Below the pieces are notes generated by a model. It saw only the letters and a list, made by a program, of their open reading frames with translations. It was not told where the DNA came from and did no database searches. Below are positions 1-10,780 of a stretch of 64,000 bases of DNA, piece after piece; within the stretch, counting starts at the first letter, position 1, and every line of letters starts with the position of its first letter. This DNA comes from a virus. Lineage: Duplodnaviria; Caudoviricetes. Made by a program: the position numbers and the translations under genes. The DNA is taken from positions 51,874 to 115,873 of the IMG/VR virus record IMGVR_UViG_3300031992_000038; one strand, written 5' to 3'.

Positions 1-1
1 A

Positions 2-991
2 CTCGTCAGACTGGTCGCCGAAAAGGTCGGAAAGTTAGGCGATTGTTCCGACGTCGCCGGCATGCACAACAGACTGTCCGAACTGATCACGGAGTGCATG
101 GGACGCGAACGGGACAACCGTCCGGCGCTCGAGTCGCTGTGCGCTGATGTCGTCCTCGACATGCTTCAGGTGCCTGACGACATGGTCACGCTTGACGTGA
201 AACTGACCGAGAACATCGATGACTCCTCGCAGAGGCTTCTGCCCGAGTCGGACGACGAATATGAGTACGACAGCCTGTCCGACATGTCGGACATGGAGGA
301 CGAGATAGCGCGCCGCCGCATGATGAACGCCATAGTGACAGGAGCGTCCGTCGCTCTTTCGTCAAACGTAAAATCGTACGTGCAGAACGTGTTCGACATA
401 GACCCGTATCTTCCGTCACTGTACAAGGAGATAATGGAGCTGAACGAGAAACTGCTTTATCTTGACGGGGATGTCAGTGATGAAGGCGGAAGCACAAAAG
501 GCGCCGTTGTGGACGTCAGTCTCGGTTCGCCGGACAAGACAGTCGTGGTCAAGGCGCGGGGCGTGATATTCCCGATGCTGCTGGCCGAGACCATCAAGGG
601 CGTCCTCGAGATAGCGTCTTCCCACGGACTTCCGGACGACATGCGCCGGGCGGAGCACATCATGAAGTGCGCCGACTACAGTTCGTCGGAGGTGTGGGAC
701 ATGCGTCTCGGAACCATCATATGGGACAGGATATACGGACAGACACCGGACGTGGATCCGAGTTATCTGATACTTGCCCTCGCCGAGATGGGCACCGCTG
801 AATTCACCGGCGCCGTTAAAGAGATGATAGCGTGCACGCGCGAGGGAAAGCGCATCGCCGATTCGATATGTGAAGACATCCGCTACGAGTTGGAGCAGGA
901 CGACTTTGACGCCCACATGCACGACATGGCGGACAAGTACCGCATGGACGACAGCGAAGACCCTGACGACGACATGCTAAGAGGATGGTAA
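2..991 (+). CDS. Hypothetical protein upstream of terminase, 5'-truncated by the window edge
   Basis: Frame is open from position 2 through the ATG at 62 to the stop at 991; acidic protein; 15 bp before terL. Confidence 0.75.
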   Translation, partial: LVRLVAEKVGKLGDCSDVAGMHNRLSELITECMGRERDNRPALESLCADVVLDMLQVPDDMVTLDVKLTENIDDSSQRLLPESDDEYEYDSLSDMSDMEDEIARRRMMNAIVTGASVALSSNVKSYVQNVFDIDPYLPSLYKEIMELNEKLLYLDGDVSDEGGSTKGAVVDVSLGSPDKTVVVKARGVIFPMLLAETIKGVLEIASSHGLPDDMRRAEHIMKCADYSSSEVWDMRLGTIIWDRIYGQTPDVDPSYLILALAEMGTAEFTGAVKEMIACTREGKRIADSICEDIRYELEQDDFDAHMHDMADKYRMDDSEDPDDDMLRGW

Positions 992-1006
992 CAAAATTCA
1001 TTTAGG

Positions 1007-2872
1007 ATGAGCAAACAAGAAGAATATCTGAAGTGTTACCAAGACAAGACACGGATATACTTTATAGAACACTACCTGTCCACATACAACGCTGACGACA
1101 GGAAGGAGACCCCGTTCATTCTATTCCCGAGGCAGAAGGAGTTCCTCCGCAGTCTCGCCACCAACCAGAACACGATAGCAATCAAGCACAGGCAGGCCGG
1201 AATCACGACAGTGTCAAGCGCCTGGATAACCGGACAGTGCGTGTTCGCGAACAAGAAGTCGCCGGAGACAGTGCTGTGCATAGGGAACAGTCTTGACATA
1301 TCACAGCAGCTGCTTGACAAAATGGGCACGTTCATCGACCAAGTCCCGAGGTGGATGTGGGGCGGCGACTATTACTCGCCGGACCCGAACAGCCCGAAGA
1401 ACTCCAAGTCCATATTCAAGACGAGGAACCAGAAGATGATAGAACTCGTCAACGGATGCAAACTGTACGCACGCTCGTCAGGACCGCACGCCGCGCGAGG
1501 AATCTCGGCCGTGTCAATACTGATATTCGACGAGGCGGCGTTCATACAGGACGGTCCTGCGGTCTATGCCCAGGCCGTCGCAGCGCAGTCGTCAGTCGGC
1601 GAATCGTCTAGATGCATCATGGTGTCGACACCAAACGGCAAGGACCAATTGTACTACAAGACATACGCCAATGCGATCAGCGGCGAGAACAACTACCATC
1701 CAGTCGAGTTCAAGTGGTTCCAGGACCCGAGGTACAACCGCAACCTCAAATGGTACAAGCTAGACAGTTCGACCGGCGAGATGAAGTGGGACATCGACCA
1801 AGTGGTGAACCGCCGCGGCGACATCGTCTATGATGAGGAAAGATGGCGCTCGCTTGAGCGGGACGGATGGACTCCGACTTCTCCGTGGTTTGAGGGGATG
1901 TGCAAGACACTCAACAATGACGAAATGCGCATAGCGCAGGAGCTGCTCGTGTCATTCCTCGGTTCTTCGGACAACGTTCTCCAACCTGAAGTGATTGACT
2001 TCCACCGCACGGCAAACGTCGTCGACATCACAGACGACTGGCCGCTGCGAGATCCCCTTATAAAGGAGACGTGGATATGGAAAGACCCGGTTCCGTCGCA
2101 CCGATACATCGTGGCGTGCGACGCGTCGACCGGTTCGTCCGAGGACCGCACGGCGATAGAAGTGATAGACATAGACGCCAAAGACGACCGCGGCGTTCCT
2201 TATTTCGACCAAGTGCTCGAATACTACGGGAAAATGACGGGCGACGAGATAGGGGAGATGCTGTACAATTACGGGAGGGCGTACAATGACGCGCTGATCA
2301 TCGTCGACTGCATCGGAGGGTACGGTGACGCCGCGATACTCACGCTCATGAACCTCGGTTACACGAACCTGTACTACGACGAGCCGCAACTGAAGACATA
2401 TGTGGCAATGAACCAATACTCTCCGTCCGCGCAGTCAGACACGCTCCCCGGTTTCAGGTCGAACAACCTGCGCATACAGATGCTGAGCAATTTCGTCACA
2501 CTTCTCAAGACCAACGCGCTCAGAATACGCAGCCGCCGCGTGATCACCGAACTCGAGACATGGGTGTGGAAGAACGGGCGTCCGGACCATATGGACGGCG
2601 CGCATGACGACAGCATAACGTGCCTGGCAATGGGCGGCTTCATCATACAGTTCTACCTCATGAAGAACGAGGAGAGCAAAAGACGCGACGCCGCAATCGT
2701 GAAGTCGTGGTGCGTCAACAACTCATACGAGCGGCGCGAGACGCAGGCCAGCAACGGAACGGCGAACAATCACCCGATGCCGATATATTCGTCGCGCAGC
2801 ATGGAGATGGACCGCCAGCGGAGGCTGCAGGCGATGCTCATGATAGGCGGATTCGGCAGGAAAAAGCGTTGA
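1007..2872 (+). CDS. terL: Terminase large subunit (T4 gp17-like)
   Basis: Walker A-like KHRQAGITT, Walker B ILIFDEAAF, motif III STPNG, nuclease ACDASTG and HDDSI; adjacent to portal. Confidence 0.95.
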   Translation: MSKQEEYLKCYQDKTRIYFIEHYLSTYNADDRKETPFILFPRQKEFLRSLATNQNTIAIKHRQAGITTVSSAWITGQCVFANKKSPETVLCIGNSLDISQQLLDKMGTFIDQVPRWMWGGDYYSPDPNSPKNSKSIFKTRNQKMIELVNGCKLYARSSGPHAARGISAVSILIFDEAAFIQDGPAVYAQAVAAQSSVGESSRCIMVSTPNGKDQLYYKTYANAISGENNYHPVEFKWFQDPRYNRNLKWYKLDSSTGEMKWDIDQVVNRRGDIVYDEERWRSLERDGWTPTSPWFEGMCKTLNNDEMRIAQELLVSFLGSSDNVLQPEVIDFHRTANVVDITDDWPLRDPLIKETWIWKDPVPSHRYIVACDASTGSSEDRTAIEVIDIDAKDDRGVPYFDQVLEYYGKMTGDEIGEMLYNYGRAYNDALIIVDCIGGYGDAAILTLMNLGYTNLYYDEPQLKTYVAMNQYSPSAQSDTLPGFRSNNLRIQMLSNFVTLLKTNALRIRSRRVITELETWVWKNGRPDHMDGAHDDSITCLAMGGFIIQFYLMKNEESKRRDAAIVKSWCVNNSYERRETQASNGTANNHPMPIYSSRSMEMDRQRRLQAMLMIGGFGRKKR

Positions 2873-2918
2873 CTAAGGCAGAACAATTCGGCATTTTTAC
2901 TAAAACAGCGAGAACAAA

Positions 2919-4970
2919 ATGGCAAAACCGACAATTTTTCAAAGACTGACCAACATATTCTCGGACTCCCCCAAGACATCGAAGACTGTCAACAGGTACG
3001 GCATCGACGCCAACGACATACTGTTCAGGACGACCGACAAGGACGAGTTCGACTCAAAGAAACTTGAGTACAGACAGCAGAACTTGCTGGCGAGACAGTG
3101 GAGGCGCGCCCAGTACGACGTGGCCAACAGACAAGTGGCCGGGCTGAACGAGGTGAAACTCATGTACCGCGACGCCGACCTTATGGACACATTCCCCGAG
3201 ATCGGGGCGGCGCTTGACATCGTGTCGGAAGAGGCGTGCACGATAAAGAACAGCGGATACATGGTGAACGTGACCTCGAAGTCCGACCGCGTGGCGTCCA
3301 TACTGAGGGACCTGCTCGTCAACAGGCTGTCAATACACACGACACTTCCGATGGTGTGCCGCAGCATGTGCAAGTACGGCAACACATACATGCTCCTCAA
3401 CACGGACATGGACAACGGCGTGATGGGATGGAAACAGTTGCCGGTCTATGAGATGGAAAGGTACGAGAACGGCATGCTCAACGCATACGCATCACCCGGA
3501 ATAAGCATGTCGGCGATAAACCCTGACAAGTCAACGTCGACCAAGTTCGTGTGGGTCGGGAACAACGAGTTCATCGCCTACCAGAACTGGCAGGTCGCCC
3601 ACTTCAGGCTTCTGTACGACTCGCTGTACCTACCGTACGGCATGTCATATCTCGCAAAGGCGAGGAGGCATTTCCGCATGCTGTCAATGATGGAGGACAT
3701 GATGCTCATATACCGCCTCGAGAGGTCGGTCGAGAGAAGGGTGTTCAAGATAAACGTCGGAACTATCGACGACGCGGACGTTCCGGCATACGTGCAGCAG
3801 ATAGCGGACAACTTCAAGAGGACACCGGTGATCGACCCTATGACCGGTCAGATTGACCTGCGAAAGGGCGTCATGTCGCAGATGGACGACTATTTCATCC
3901 CTGTCAGGGACCCGAACGAGCCGAACCCGATCGAGACACTGGCGGCGGCGCAGAACATGAACGCGATGGACGACATCAAGTTCGTTCAGAACAAAGTCAT
4001 GACAGCGCTCCGAGTGCCAAAGTCGTTCCTGAACTTCGAGGAGGAGAAGGGTGACGGAAAAAACCTGTCGATGCTTGACGTGAGGTTCACGAGGACAGTG
4101 AACAGAATACAGCAGGCGCTTCTCATGGAACTCAACAAGATATGCATCATACACCTGTACCTGCTCGGTTTCGTCGACGACCTCACGAACTTCACACTCA
4201 CTATGAACAACCCGTCCTCACAGGCCGAGATGCTTGAATTCGAGAACCTCGCCAAGAAGATAACCACGGCAAAGGACGCCGTGTCGGACGCTGGAAACGG
4301 AATACCGGTCTACTCGCTCGCAAGGGCGTGGAGGGAAATTCTCGGATGGTCAGACAAGGAAATCGAGGAGAACCTCGACAACCTGCGCCTCGAGAAAGCG
4401 CTCGCGGCGGAACTCGAGAACACGAGCGACATCATCAAGAGGACAAGGATATTCGACAAGATAGACAACGTGTACGGCGAACCCGGCGCAGAATACGGAC
4501 AGTCGTCCGGCGGACAGGGTGACGAAGGTCCCGGCGGCGGAGGCCCCGGCGGAGGAGGATTCGGCGGCGGCATGGGTTCGTTCGATTTCGCTGACGAAGA
4601 AGGCGACATGTCAGGCATGGGAGAAGAAGGCGACATGGGAATGGACATGGCGGCCGGCGAGGATATCGGCGGAGAAGGCGGCGAAGAGACGAATGGCGGG
4701 CCTGAGGCCGCTCCACCGCAAGAGTCGATATCGCGCATGATGGACCGGGCGCTCAAACAGTCGCTCAACGAGCAGGAACGCATCAAGAACGAACTGATTG
4801 AGAAGAGCCGACGGTACACACAGATGCTCAAGGAACGAAAGAGCGGAACGCGCATGACCAACGAACCGTCGACAAGCGAACCAACATTGTCGGACAAGAC
4901 ATTCCTCGTCAACGAGGAACTGAACGCCGTGTCGCAGGAACTCAAGAAGATAATCAACCCCACCAAGTAG
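2919..4970 (+). CDS. Portal protein (T4 gp20-like) with acidic Gly-rich C-terminal extension
   Basis: MEDMMLIYRLERSVERRVFKINVG, DDYFIPVR, IETL, DDIKF..K...ALRVPKS motifs typical of T4-like portals; follows terL. Confidence 0.92.
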   Translation: MAKPTIFQRLTNIFSDSPKTSKTVNRYGIDANDILFRTTDKDEFDSKKLEYRQQNLLARQWRRAQYDVANRQVAGLNEVKLMYRDADLMDTFPEIGAALDIVSEEACTIKNSGYMVNVTSKSDRVASILRDLLVNRLSIHTTLPMVCRSMCKYGNTYMLLNTDMDNGVMGWKQLPVYEMERYENGMLNAYASPGISMSAINPDKSTSTKFVWVGNNEFIAYQNWQVAHFRLLYDSLYLPYGMSYLAKARRHFRMLSMMEDMMLIYRLERSVERRVFKINVGTIDDADVPAYVQQIADNFKRTPVIDPMTGQIDLRKGVMSQMDDYFIPVRDPNEPNPIETLAAAQNMNAMDDIKFVQNKVMTALRVPKSFLNFEEEKGDGKNLSMLDVRFTRTVNRIQQALLMELNKICIIHLYLLGFVDDLTNFTLTMNNPSSQAEMLEFENLAKKITTAKDAVSDAGNGIPVYSLARAWREILGWSDKEIEENLDNLRLEKALAAELENTSDIIKRTRIFDKIDNVYGEPGAEYGQSSGGQGDEGPGGGGPGGGGFGGGMGSFDFADEEGDMSGMGEEGDMGMDMAAGEDIGGEGGEETNGGPEAAPPQESISRMMDRALKQSLNEQERIKNELIEKSRRYTQMLKERKSGTRMTNEPSTSEPTLSDKTFLVNEELNAVSQELKKIINPTK

Positions 4971-5014
4971 ACACAGCAAAATATTTATTGATTGCAAACA
5001 AAAAACGAACATCA

Positions 5015-5902
5015 ATGACAGACTACACTGAAATATTCGAGAAGGCCGGCGAGATGATGGACAAGGCACGCAAACTGTACGGAGAAGGAAACATCACCGG
5101 CGGAAACAAGGCCCGAGAGGAGGCCAACCGGATGTACGAGTCGGCCGAACGATACGCAAACTCAGACGACGGGAAGCTTACCGCGCTTTACGGCGAGAAC
5201 CGAAACTTCGGGATAGTGATGCGCGTGCTGCGCGAAAACGTCAGCAACGGAAACATCGGGGACAAGCACATCAGGAAACTGATACGGGAGTCACTCGGCG
5301 CAATCAAGTCAGACCCGGCGCTCAAGGCCGAGGCCGCCATGTACATGGCGCTCACCGAGTCATCGGACGTGAAGGACAGCGCGGCATACGTGGAGAGAGC
5401 GCTCTCGCTTACCGACGGTTTCAGGGCGCGCGAACTGCGAGAGGCGAACGAACGACTGATAAGGATACTTCAGGAGAACAGGGCGGACGAGTACGTAAAC
5501 ATCCCGGACCGAGACATCGAGATGTACGACATAATCGAGTCCGCCATGCTGACACGCAAAGACCCGTCGCGCATCAACGAGTACATCGAAGACCGAGGCA
5601 AACTGGCCGAGGCGCTGATCACTGACGACGAGGAGAACGGACTGACTGACGACGAGGAGAAACTGATCGAAGACGTCCTCGGCGACGGAGGAAACACGGA
5701 GGAAATCTACAACGGAACGAAGGAAGAAGCGCTCGAGTCCGTCAAGAGGGTATCCGAGCAATCCGGACAGGACGCTGAAACACGCGACAAGCTCAACTCA
5801 ATCTACGAGGACATCATATCCAAGGAGTTCCGTCCGGGTTTTGACGCCCTCAAGGACATCGCCGAATTCGTCGAGATAAAAAATGTCATCGACGGACAAT
5901 AA
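5015..5902 (+). CDS. Hypothetical acidic helical protein, possibly head assembly
   Basis: ORF after portal; TATTTAT at ~4982; ATG at 5015 preferred over TTG at 4988. Confidence 0.7.
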   Translation: MTDYTEIFEKAGEMMDKARKLYGEGNITGGNKAREEANRMYESAERYANSDDGKLTALYGENRNFGIVMRVLRENVSNGNIGDKHIRKLIRESLGAIKSDPALKAEAAMYMALTESSDVKDSAAYVERALSLTDGFRARELREANERLIRILQENRADEYVNIPDRDIEMYDIIESAMLTRKDPSRINEYIEDRGKLAEALITDDEENGLTDDEEKLIEDVLGDGGNTEEIYNGTKEEALESVKRVSEQSGQDAETRDKLNSIYEDIISKEFRPGFDALKDIAEFVEIKNVIDGQ

Positions 5903-5925
5903 CAACACACATCAAACAACTGACC

Positions 5926-6393
5926 ATGACAATAACCGTAGACCGCAAATACAAGATGTCCACATACACCATATCGAACCTGTTCATAGACGGGGAATGG
6001 TTCTGCAACGTGGTGGAGGACAAAGACAGGGGACTCAAGCAGTCCATGAAACCTGACGAGATAAAGAAAATCAAGAAAAAGGACGTGACAGCAATACCCG
6101 CCGGAACGTACAACGTGACGATCAATGTTCCGTCACCGAAATTCTCGACAAAAGCGTTCTACAAGACACACGCCAACGGAGGCAGAGTGCCGAGGATTCT
6201 CGACGTGCCCGGTTTCGACGGCATACTGATACACTGCGGAAGCAACGCCACACACAGTTCAGGTTGCCTCATCGTAGGGTACAACAAGATAAAAGGAGGT
6301 GTCACTGACTCACAGACCGTTTTCAAGGCGTTGTACAAGAAGATGTTAGAAGCAGCAAATAAGGGCGAAAAAATAACCATCAAGATAGGTTAA
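5926..6393 (+). CDS. DUF5675-family protein (L,D-transpeptidase-like H..C motif; possible cell-wall enzyme)
   Basis: YTISNLFIDG, TAIPAGTY, VPGFDGILIHCG, SSGCLIVG. Confidence 0.8.
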   Translation: MTITVDRKYKMSTYTISNLFIDGEWFCNVVEDKDRGLKQSMKPDEIKKIKKKDVTAIPAGTYNVTINVPSPKFSTKAFYKTHANGGRVPRILDVPGFDGILIHCGSNATHSSGCLIVGYNKIKGGVTDSQTVFKALYKKMLEAANKGEKITIKIG

Positions 6394-6500
6394 AGGGTCT
6401 ATACAACTTAACGAGGAAAATCCACCGACGGTTCGCACTATCGGTGGATTTCCTTTATGTATTATGTGCATTTTTCAAAACTAAGGAGACACGCAGAATG

Positions 6501-7628
6501 TCAAATGTCAAAAGCCGCGAACGCTCTCACGCGAAGGCGTTGATTGCCAAAGTCTTCGCCCTTAAGTCTATTGAACACGTTGCCATTGAGTTCGAGGCTC
6601 CACGCGGCTTCTGCATCGCACTCTGAGGAAGACCAACACGCAAGCCCCAAAGAATTGCTGTCATTCGTGAGGTCTCCGAACTGAACGGCTGAGTCACCAA
6701 GAGCAGTGAGCGACTCGTTTATCTTCTTAACTCTTGTGTACAGGTAACCCAATTCTCCGAGCGCTGGCAGGTACCATTGATTTTGCTCTGTCCCAATTGT
6801 GCTGAACAGGTGGCACGCGAACGCTGCGGGATAGTTCGCCGCATCGTTAGCGAATGCGCCGCTTGAATAGGTGTCCTTGATTGCTGACAGGTTGACAAGC
6901 ACTTCTGTGTTCGCCTTGCCGTCCATGTCTGCTAGCGCCTGGCCCGCTGTGAGGTACGATGGGTTCTGAGAGCCGTCTGAAGCATAGGGGGAGATGGCGA
7001 ATGGTGGCTCGTATGGACCATCCCATGGGTCTTCGCCCTCACCGATTTCAGACCACCAAGAGGTCTCGGTGTCCACCGTGTTGTCAATGACGGTTATGGG
7101 ATATGTGCCATTACCGATTATCTCAATCGTCGACATGCCCTTGTATAGGTCGCTCGGGAAGTGCCGATTACCTCTTGATGTCTGCCCGTCACTGAACATT
7201 AAGCTTTGGTAATTCGTCAGTCCTGCGACATCCGTACCTCCCACACCCCACCTAAAGTTCGTGCCGTTGGTCACTGCGTTATCGTTGCCTGTTCCGAGCG
7301 TTCCTTCCTGCGGTGTGACATACGACATGTTGCACAGAGACATGCCCCTACACTTTCCGTCAGGCATGTGCGACGCGGGGATAACAACCACCGCCACAGG
7401 CGTTCCGAGAGAAGCGTTCCATTCATCCTTGCTTGTCGCATTCAGCGTTCCGTTGCTCTCAGCATAGATGATTGAACCCGGAATGTTCTTGTAATCAATG
7501 ACGGCCACCTTGTTGTATGTCACCGTGGTATCCGCGGTGATGTAGCCGACCCAAGGTTCATTGTACCCTTCGCCGTTATAGACAGCGTCATGGGCGGATT
7601 TTGTATCAAATAAATGCAAATAAGCCAT
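6501..7628 (-). CDS. EPWV-tagged protein with DUF1566/C-type-lectin-like C-terminal domain
   Basis: N-term YLHLFDTKSAHDAVY..YNEPWV..TYNK; C-term WYLPALGEL...WSSSE...RVRAFAAF; paralog at 43028-43993. Confidence 0.8.
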   Translation of the reverse strand: MAYLHLFDTKSAHDAVYNGEGYNEPWVGYITADTTVTYNKVAVIDYKNIPGSIIYAESNGTLNATSKDEWNASLGTPVAVVVIPASHMPDGKCRGMSLCNMSYVTPQEGTLGTGNDNAVTNGTNFRWGVGGTDVAGLTNYQSLMFSDGQTSRGNRHFPSDLYKGMSTIEIIGNGTYPITVIDNTVDTETSWWSEIGEGEDPWDGPYEPPFAISPYASDGSQNPSYLTAGQALADMDGKANTEVLVNLSAIKDTYSSGAFANDAANYPAAFACHLFSTIGTEQNQWYLPALGELGYLYTRVKKINESLTALGDSAVQFGDLTNDSNSLGLACWSSSECDAEAAWSLELNGNVFNRLKGEDFGNQRLRVRAFAAFDI

Positions 7629-7736
7629 TTCTTAAGTAATGTTTGTCTTTACATAAATAGCAGTACCATTTTCAGTAACCAACGAAACGGTCGAAACTAA
7701 GACTCCCCTGTTTTAATGAATTTTAACATTAAAAAA

Positions 7737-7768
7737 TTTGTTTCATCCGTAAATTTTACTATCTTTGC
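7737..7768 (+). promoter_or_regulatory. Bacteroidota sigmaA-type promoter (-33 TTTG, -7 TATCTTTG)
   Basis: tttg-tttcatccgtaaattttac-tatctttg immediately before ATG 7772; similar -7 boxes at ~8965, ~10754, ~60731, ~61853. Confidence 0.7.
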
Positions 7769-7771
7769 GGC

Positions 7772-8077
7772 ATGAAAGAGAAGAAGATATTATTCATCAC
7801 CGACCGCCACCAAAACTGTTGGATATGCGAACTGAACAGCGTGAAGTCCGGACTTATACTTACCGACGCCGACTACTCCGTGTCCACCGGTGTGATGACG
7901 CTGCATGACCCTCCTCAGGCGATTGAGAACGAGTCAAACGCCAACGTCAGGGAGGCGACCGAACAGGAAAGGACGATGTTCTTGAGAATAAAGGACAGCA
8001 ATGCTGTCATTGAGCGAGACGAGTCAACCGGAAAGGAGAACAACGAAAAGACTGAAACGAATGGACAAGACAAATGA
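7772..8077 (+). CDS. Hypothetical protein
   Basis: ORF behind promoter, overlaps start of next gene. Confidence 0.65.
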   Translation: MKEKKILFITDRHQNCWICELNSVKSGLILTDADYSVSTGVMTLHDPPQAIENESNANVREATEQERTMFLRIKDSNAVIERDESTGKENNEKTETNGQDK

Positions 8078-8936
8078 CATCATAGGGGCGTGCTACCCCG
8101 GCGGGTACATACGCCAATGCGACTGTGCCGACCTGATGGACAGCATGATAGAACGCGGGGACAAGGTCGACCTCATCGTCACGTCACCGCCGTATGACGA
8201 TCTGAGGACATACGGAGACGTCGCGATATGGAACTTCGACAAGTTCATGGACCGCGCATTGAAGATGGGTGATGTGCTCAATGACGGAGGAGTGCTTGTG
8301 TGGGTCGTCGGAGACGCCACCGTGAAGGGCGGGGAGACAGGCACGTCATTCAGGCAGGCGCTGTTCTTCATGGACGCCGTCGGGTTGAAACTGCACGACA
8401 CAATGATATACGAGAAGAACTCGTCCACATTCCCGGCGAAAAGGACGGGCAACCGATACACGCAGATTTTCGAATACATGTTCGTTTTTGTGAAGGGGAA
8501 AAAACCGCGTGTGGCCAATCTGATATGTGACAAGGCCAACAAATGGGCCGGGCACACGTCTTGGGGCGACCAGATCATATATGAGGTGGACGGCACCCGC
8601 AGCAACCTCGGCAAGACCAAACCGGTGCCGGACTTCAGTCCGCGCACAAACATATGGAAGTACACCGTCGGGTTCAACGGGAGGAAGGGGCATCCGGCAC
8701 AATTCCCGGACCGGCTCGCCCTTGACCATATACTAACGTGGACGAACGAGGGGGACACCGTTTTCGACCCGTTCCTCGGAAGCGGGACAACGGCAATCGC
8801 CGCCATCAGGAGCGGCCGCAGGTTTATCGGGAGCGAGACAAACCCCGAATATTTCGAGATATGCAAGAAGTACATCAGTGCCGAATATGACAAGATGAAA
8901 ACGGATTCTGACGCGAATACAGTTAAAAACTGTTAA
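8061..8936 (+). CDS. Orphan DNA methyltransferase, N4-C/N6-A beta class
   Basis: DLIVTSPPY catalytic motif N-terminal, HPAQFP, VFDPFLGSGTT SAM-binding motif C-terminal. Confidence 0.92.
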   Translation: MDKTNDIIGACYPGGYIRQCDCADLMDSMIERGDKVDLIVTSPPYDDLRTYGDVAIWNFDKFMDRALKMGDVLNDGGVLVWVVGDATVKGGETGTSFRQALFFMDAVGLKLHDTMIYEKNSSTFPAKRTGNRYTQIFEYMFVFVKGKKPRVANLICDKANKWAGHTSWGDQIIYEVDGTRSNLGKTKPVPDFSPRTNIWKYTVGFNGRKGHPAQFPDRLALDHILTWTNEGDTVFDPFLGSGTTAIAAIRSGRRFIGSETNPEYFEICKKYISAEYDKMKTDSDANTVKNC

Positions 8937-8982
8937 TGTACTTGCACAATTCATATTTTTTTATTACCTTTGCGAATAAACT

Positions 8983-9438
8983 ATGAAATATAAAGCGATG
9001 AACAGAAGACTTGGTACAACAATCAGCACGAGCCGTGCGCTCATCGAGGCCGGTGTCGACGCACAGACTGCCGACATGAAGTGGTCGGTTGTTGACGGCG
9101 AGTGGGACCTGGCTCCGCTACATCACGTGTTCAACGTGAAGTCGGAGTCATACAAGAGCGGCAAGGCATATCCGGCGTGGTCATGGGACTGTCTCTTCTC
9201 CATGCTGCCGACCGCAATAACGATAAAGAACAAGAACGGCAACCTCTGCAACTGCAGACTGTCTGTCGTGCGCAACGGCACTGAGATAGTCGAGCACAGG
9301 TACATGCCGATACAGCAGACAGACCCTGACGAGTTCTGTGAGAAGACATGTTCCCATCCCATTCCTGTCGAGTCTGCCGCAGAGATGGTAATTTGGTTAC
9401 ACAAACGTGCGGATGAAGATACAGACGGCAGAAAATAA
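8983..9438 (+). CDS. Hypothetical protein
   Basis: ORF behind TACCTTTG promoter; TADM.W and PAWS motifs. Confidence 0.7.
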   Translation: MKYKAMNRRLGTTISTSRALIEAGVDAQTADMKWSVVDGEWDLAPLHHVFNVKSESYKSGKAYPAWSWDCLFSMLPTAITIKNKNGNLCNCRLSVVRNGTEIVEHRYMPIQQTDPDEFCEKTCSHPIPVESAAEMVIWLHKRADEDTDGRK

Positions 9439-9573
9439 CAACGGAAAGTTTGTCGCACGCTTCAAACCGTGCGCGGTGTGCAAATGGCGAACAATCATGA
9501 CGCCAGATCACACGCAGGCGATGGAGTTTGACACTGCCGAAGACGCACGAATACACATAAAACAAACATATAC

Positions 9574-10338
9574 ATGGAAAAGGTTAATAAGAAACTTAAT
9601 GCAAAAAATAAAATAGTATGCGAATTGAACTCCAAGTTCTATGTGTTCGGGCTGGGCGGAACACCTGCCGGCGAGAAGTACGCGTACAGTGCATACAAAG
9701 TAAACGAAAACAACAACAAAGAGTATTATTTCTCCATTGAAAGCGTAAACAGTGACAAGACTGTCACATTCAACGGAAAGAAATACTCCGACACCGGGTC
9801 ATTGATCAAGGCCGTTGACGAATACAACTCGTCATTAAAGTATCCGATCGCCACTTACGACCCAATGCTCTCTGACCATTGGAGGATGGAGGAACGGGTG
9901 CTGTCCTATCTGAAGGACACTGTCGGTTTCAAGGCACATTCTGACGGTGAGTACGGGTACAGCGACTACGTGCTCGAGACGTCGAACGGGAACAGATTCA
10001 TGACACTCGGATTGTCACGCACGAGCGACAAAGACACCATCCGCGTGTCGTTGGACGGAAAGACCAGCATGATATTCGAGATTACCGACGAGGACTCCGC
10101 AATCAGGACAATAAACGTGTTCCTTATGTCTTCATGCGCAAGCGCAATCAAAATGGCGACAGACGTGAGCGGTTCGCTTTTTGAGGGATTCGCAATGGAC
10201 GACAACATCAAGGAGTTCGACGGGTCAATTCGATGCTTCCTCGACGGCGGATACGACCCGAGGGAAAAAGTGCTCAAACAACTTGAGGATGCGGCGGAGG
10301 CAATCCGTGAAAGTCTAAAACGGGAGTCTGAACGATGA
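9574..10338 (+). CDS. Hypothetical protein
   Basis: 254-aa ORF, ATGA overlap with next gene. Confidence 0.7.
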   Translation: MEKVNKKLNAKNKIVCELNSKFYVFGLGGTPAGEKYAYSAYKVNENNNKEYYFSIESVNSDKTVTFNGKKYSDTGSLIKAVDEYNSSLKYPIATYDPMLSDHWRMEERVLSYLKDTVGFKAHSDGEYGYSDYVLETSNGNRFMTLGLSRTSDKDTIRVSLDGKTSMIFEITDEDSAIRTINVFLMSSCASAIKMATDVSGSLFEGFAMDDNIKEFDGSIRCFLDGGYDPREKVLKQLEDAAEAIRESLKRESER

Positions 10339-10706
10339 GCGGAGGGGCGTACGATTACATACAATGCCGTCTTGACGAGGTTGTCGGTCGTATGGTCAAG
10401 GAGATATCGCTGTTCGGAAAGACGCTTACGCAGCAAGACTATGACCGTCTTGACGAATCCGACAAATGGTGGCATGAGGTGGGAGAACCGCTCGGAAACA
10501 TAACGTCGGAGGAAGCGCTCAAACGCTTCCGCGAGTGCGCCGAGATAGTGGCGAAGGCCCGAATAGCGATTGAACGCGCCGACTACCTTGTGAGCGGTGA
10601 TGACAGTGACGATTCTTTCGTCAAACGATATGACGAGGAAATGGACGCCCTCGGCAAGTCCATGGCGGACGGTTCGTTCTTCAACCCCGAAAAGTATTTC
10701 GACTGA
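10335..10706 (+). CDS. Hypothetical phage protein (MSGG.YDY type)
   Basis: MSGGAYDY...DYLVSGDDSDDSF; translationally coupled. Confidence 0.7.
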   Translation: MSGGAYDYIQCRLDEVVGRMVKEISLFGKTLTQQDYDRLDESDKWWHEVGEPLGNITSEEALKRFRECAEIVAKARIAIERADYLVSGDDSDDSFVKRYDEEMDALGKSMADGSFFNPEKYFD

Positions 10707-10780
10707 TAAAAGTTTTTTTGCACTTTTTATTTTCCCGTGTTCATAAAATTTTGTATCTTTGTGGAAAATTTGTAGCAAAC

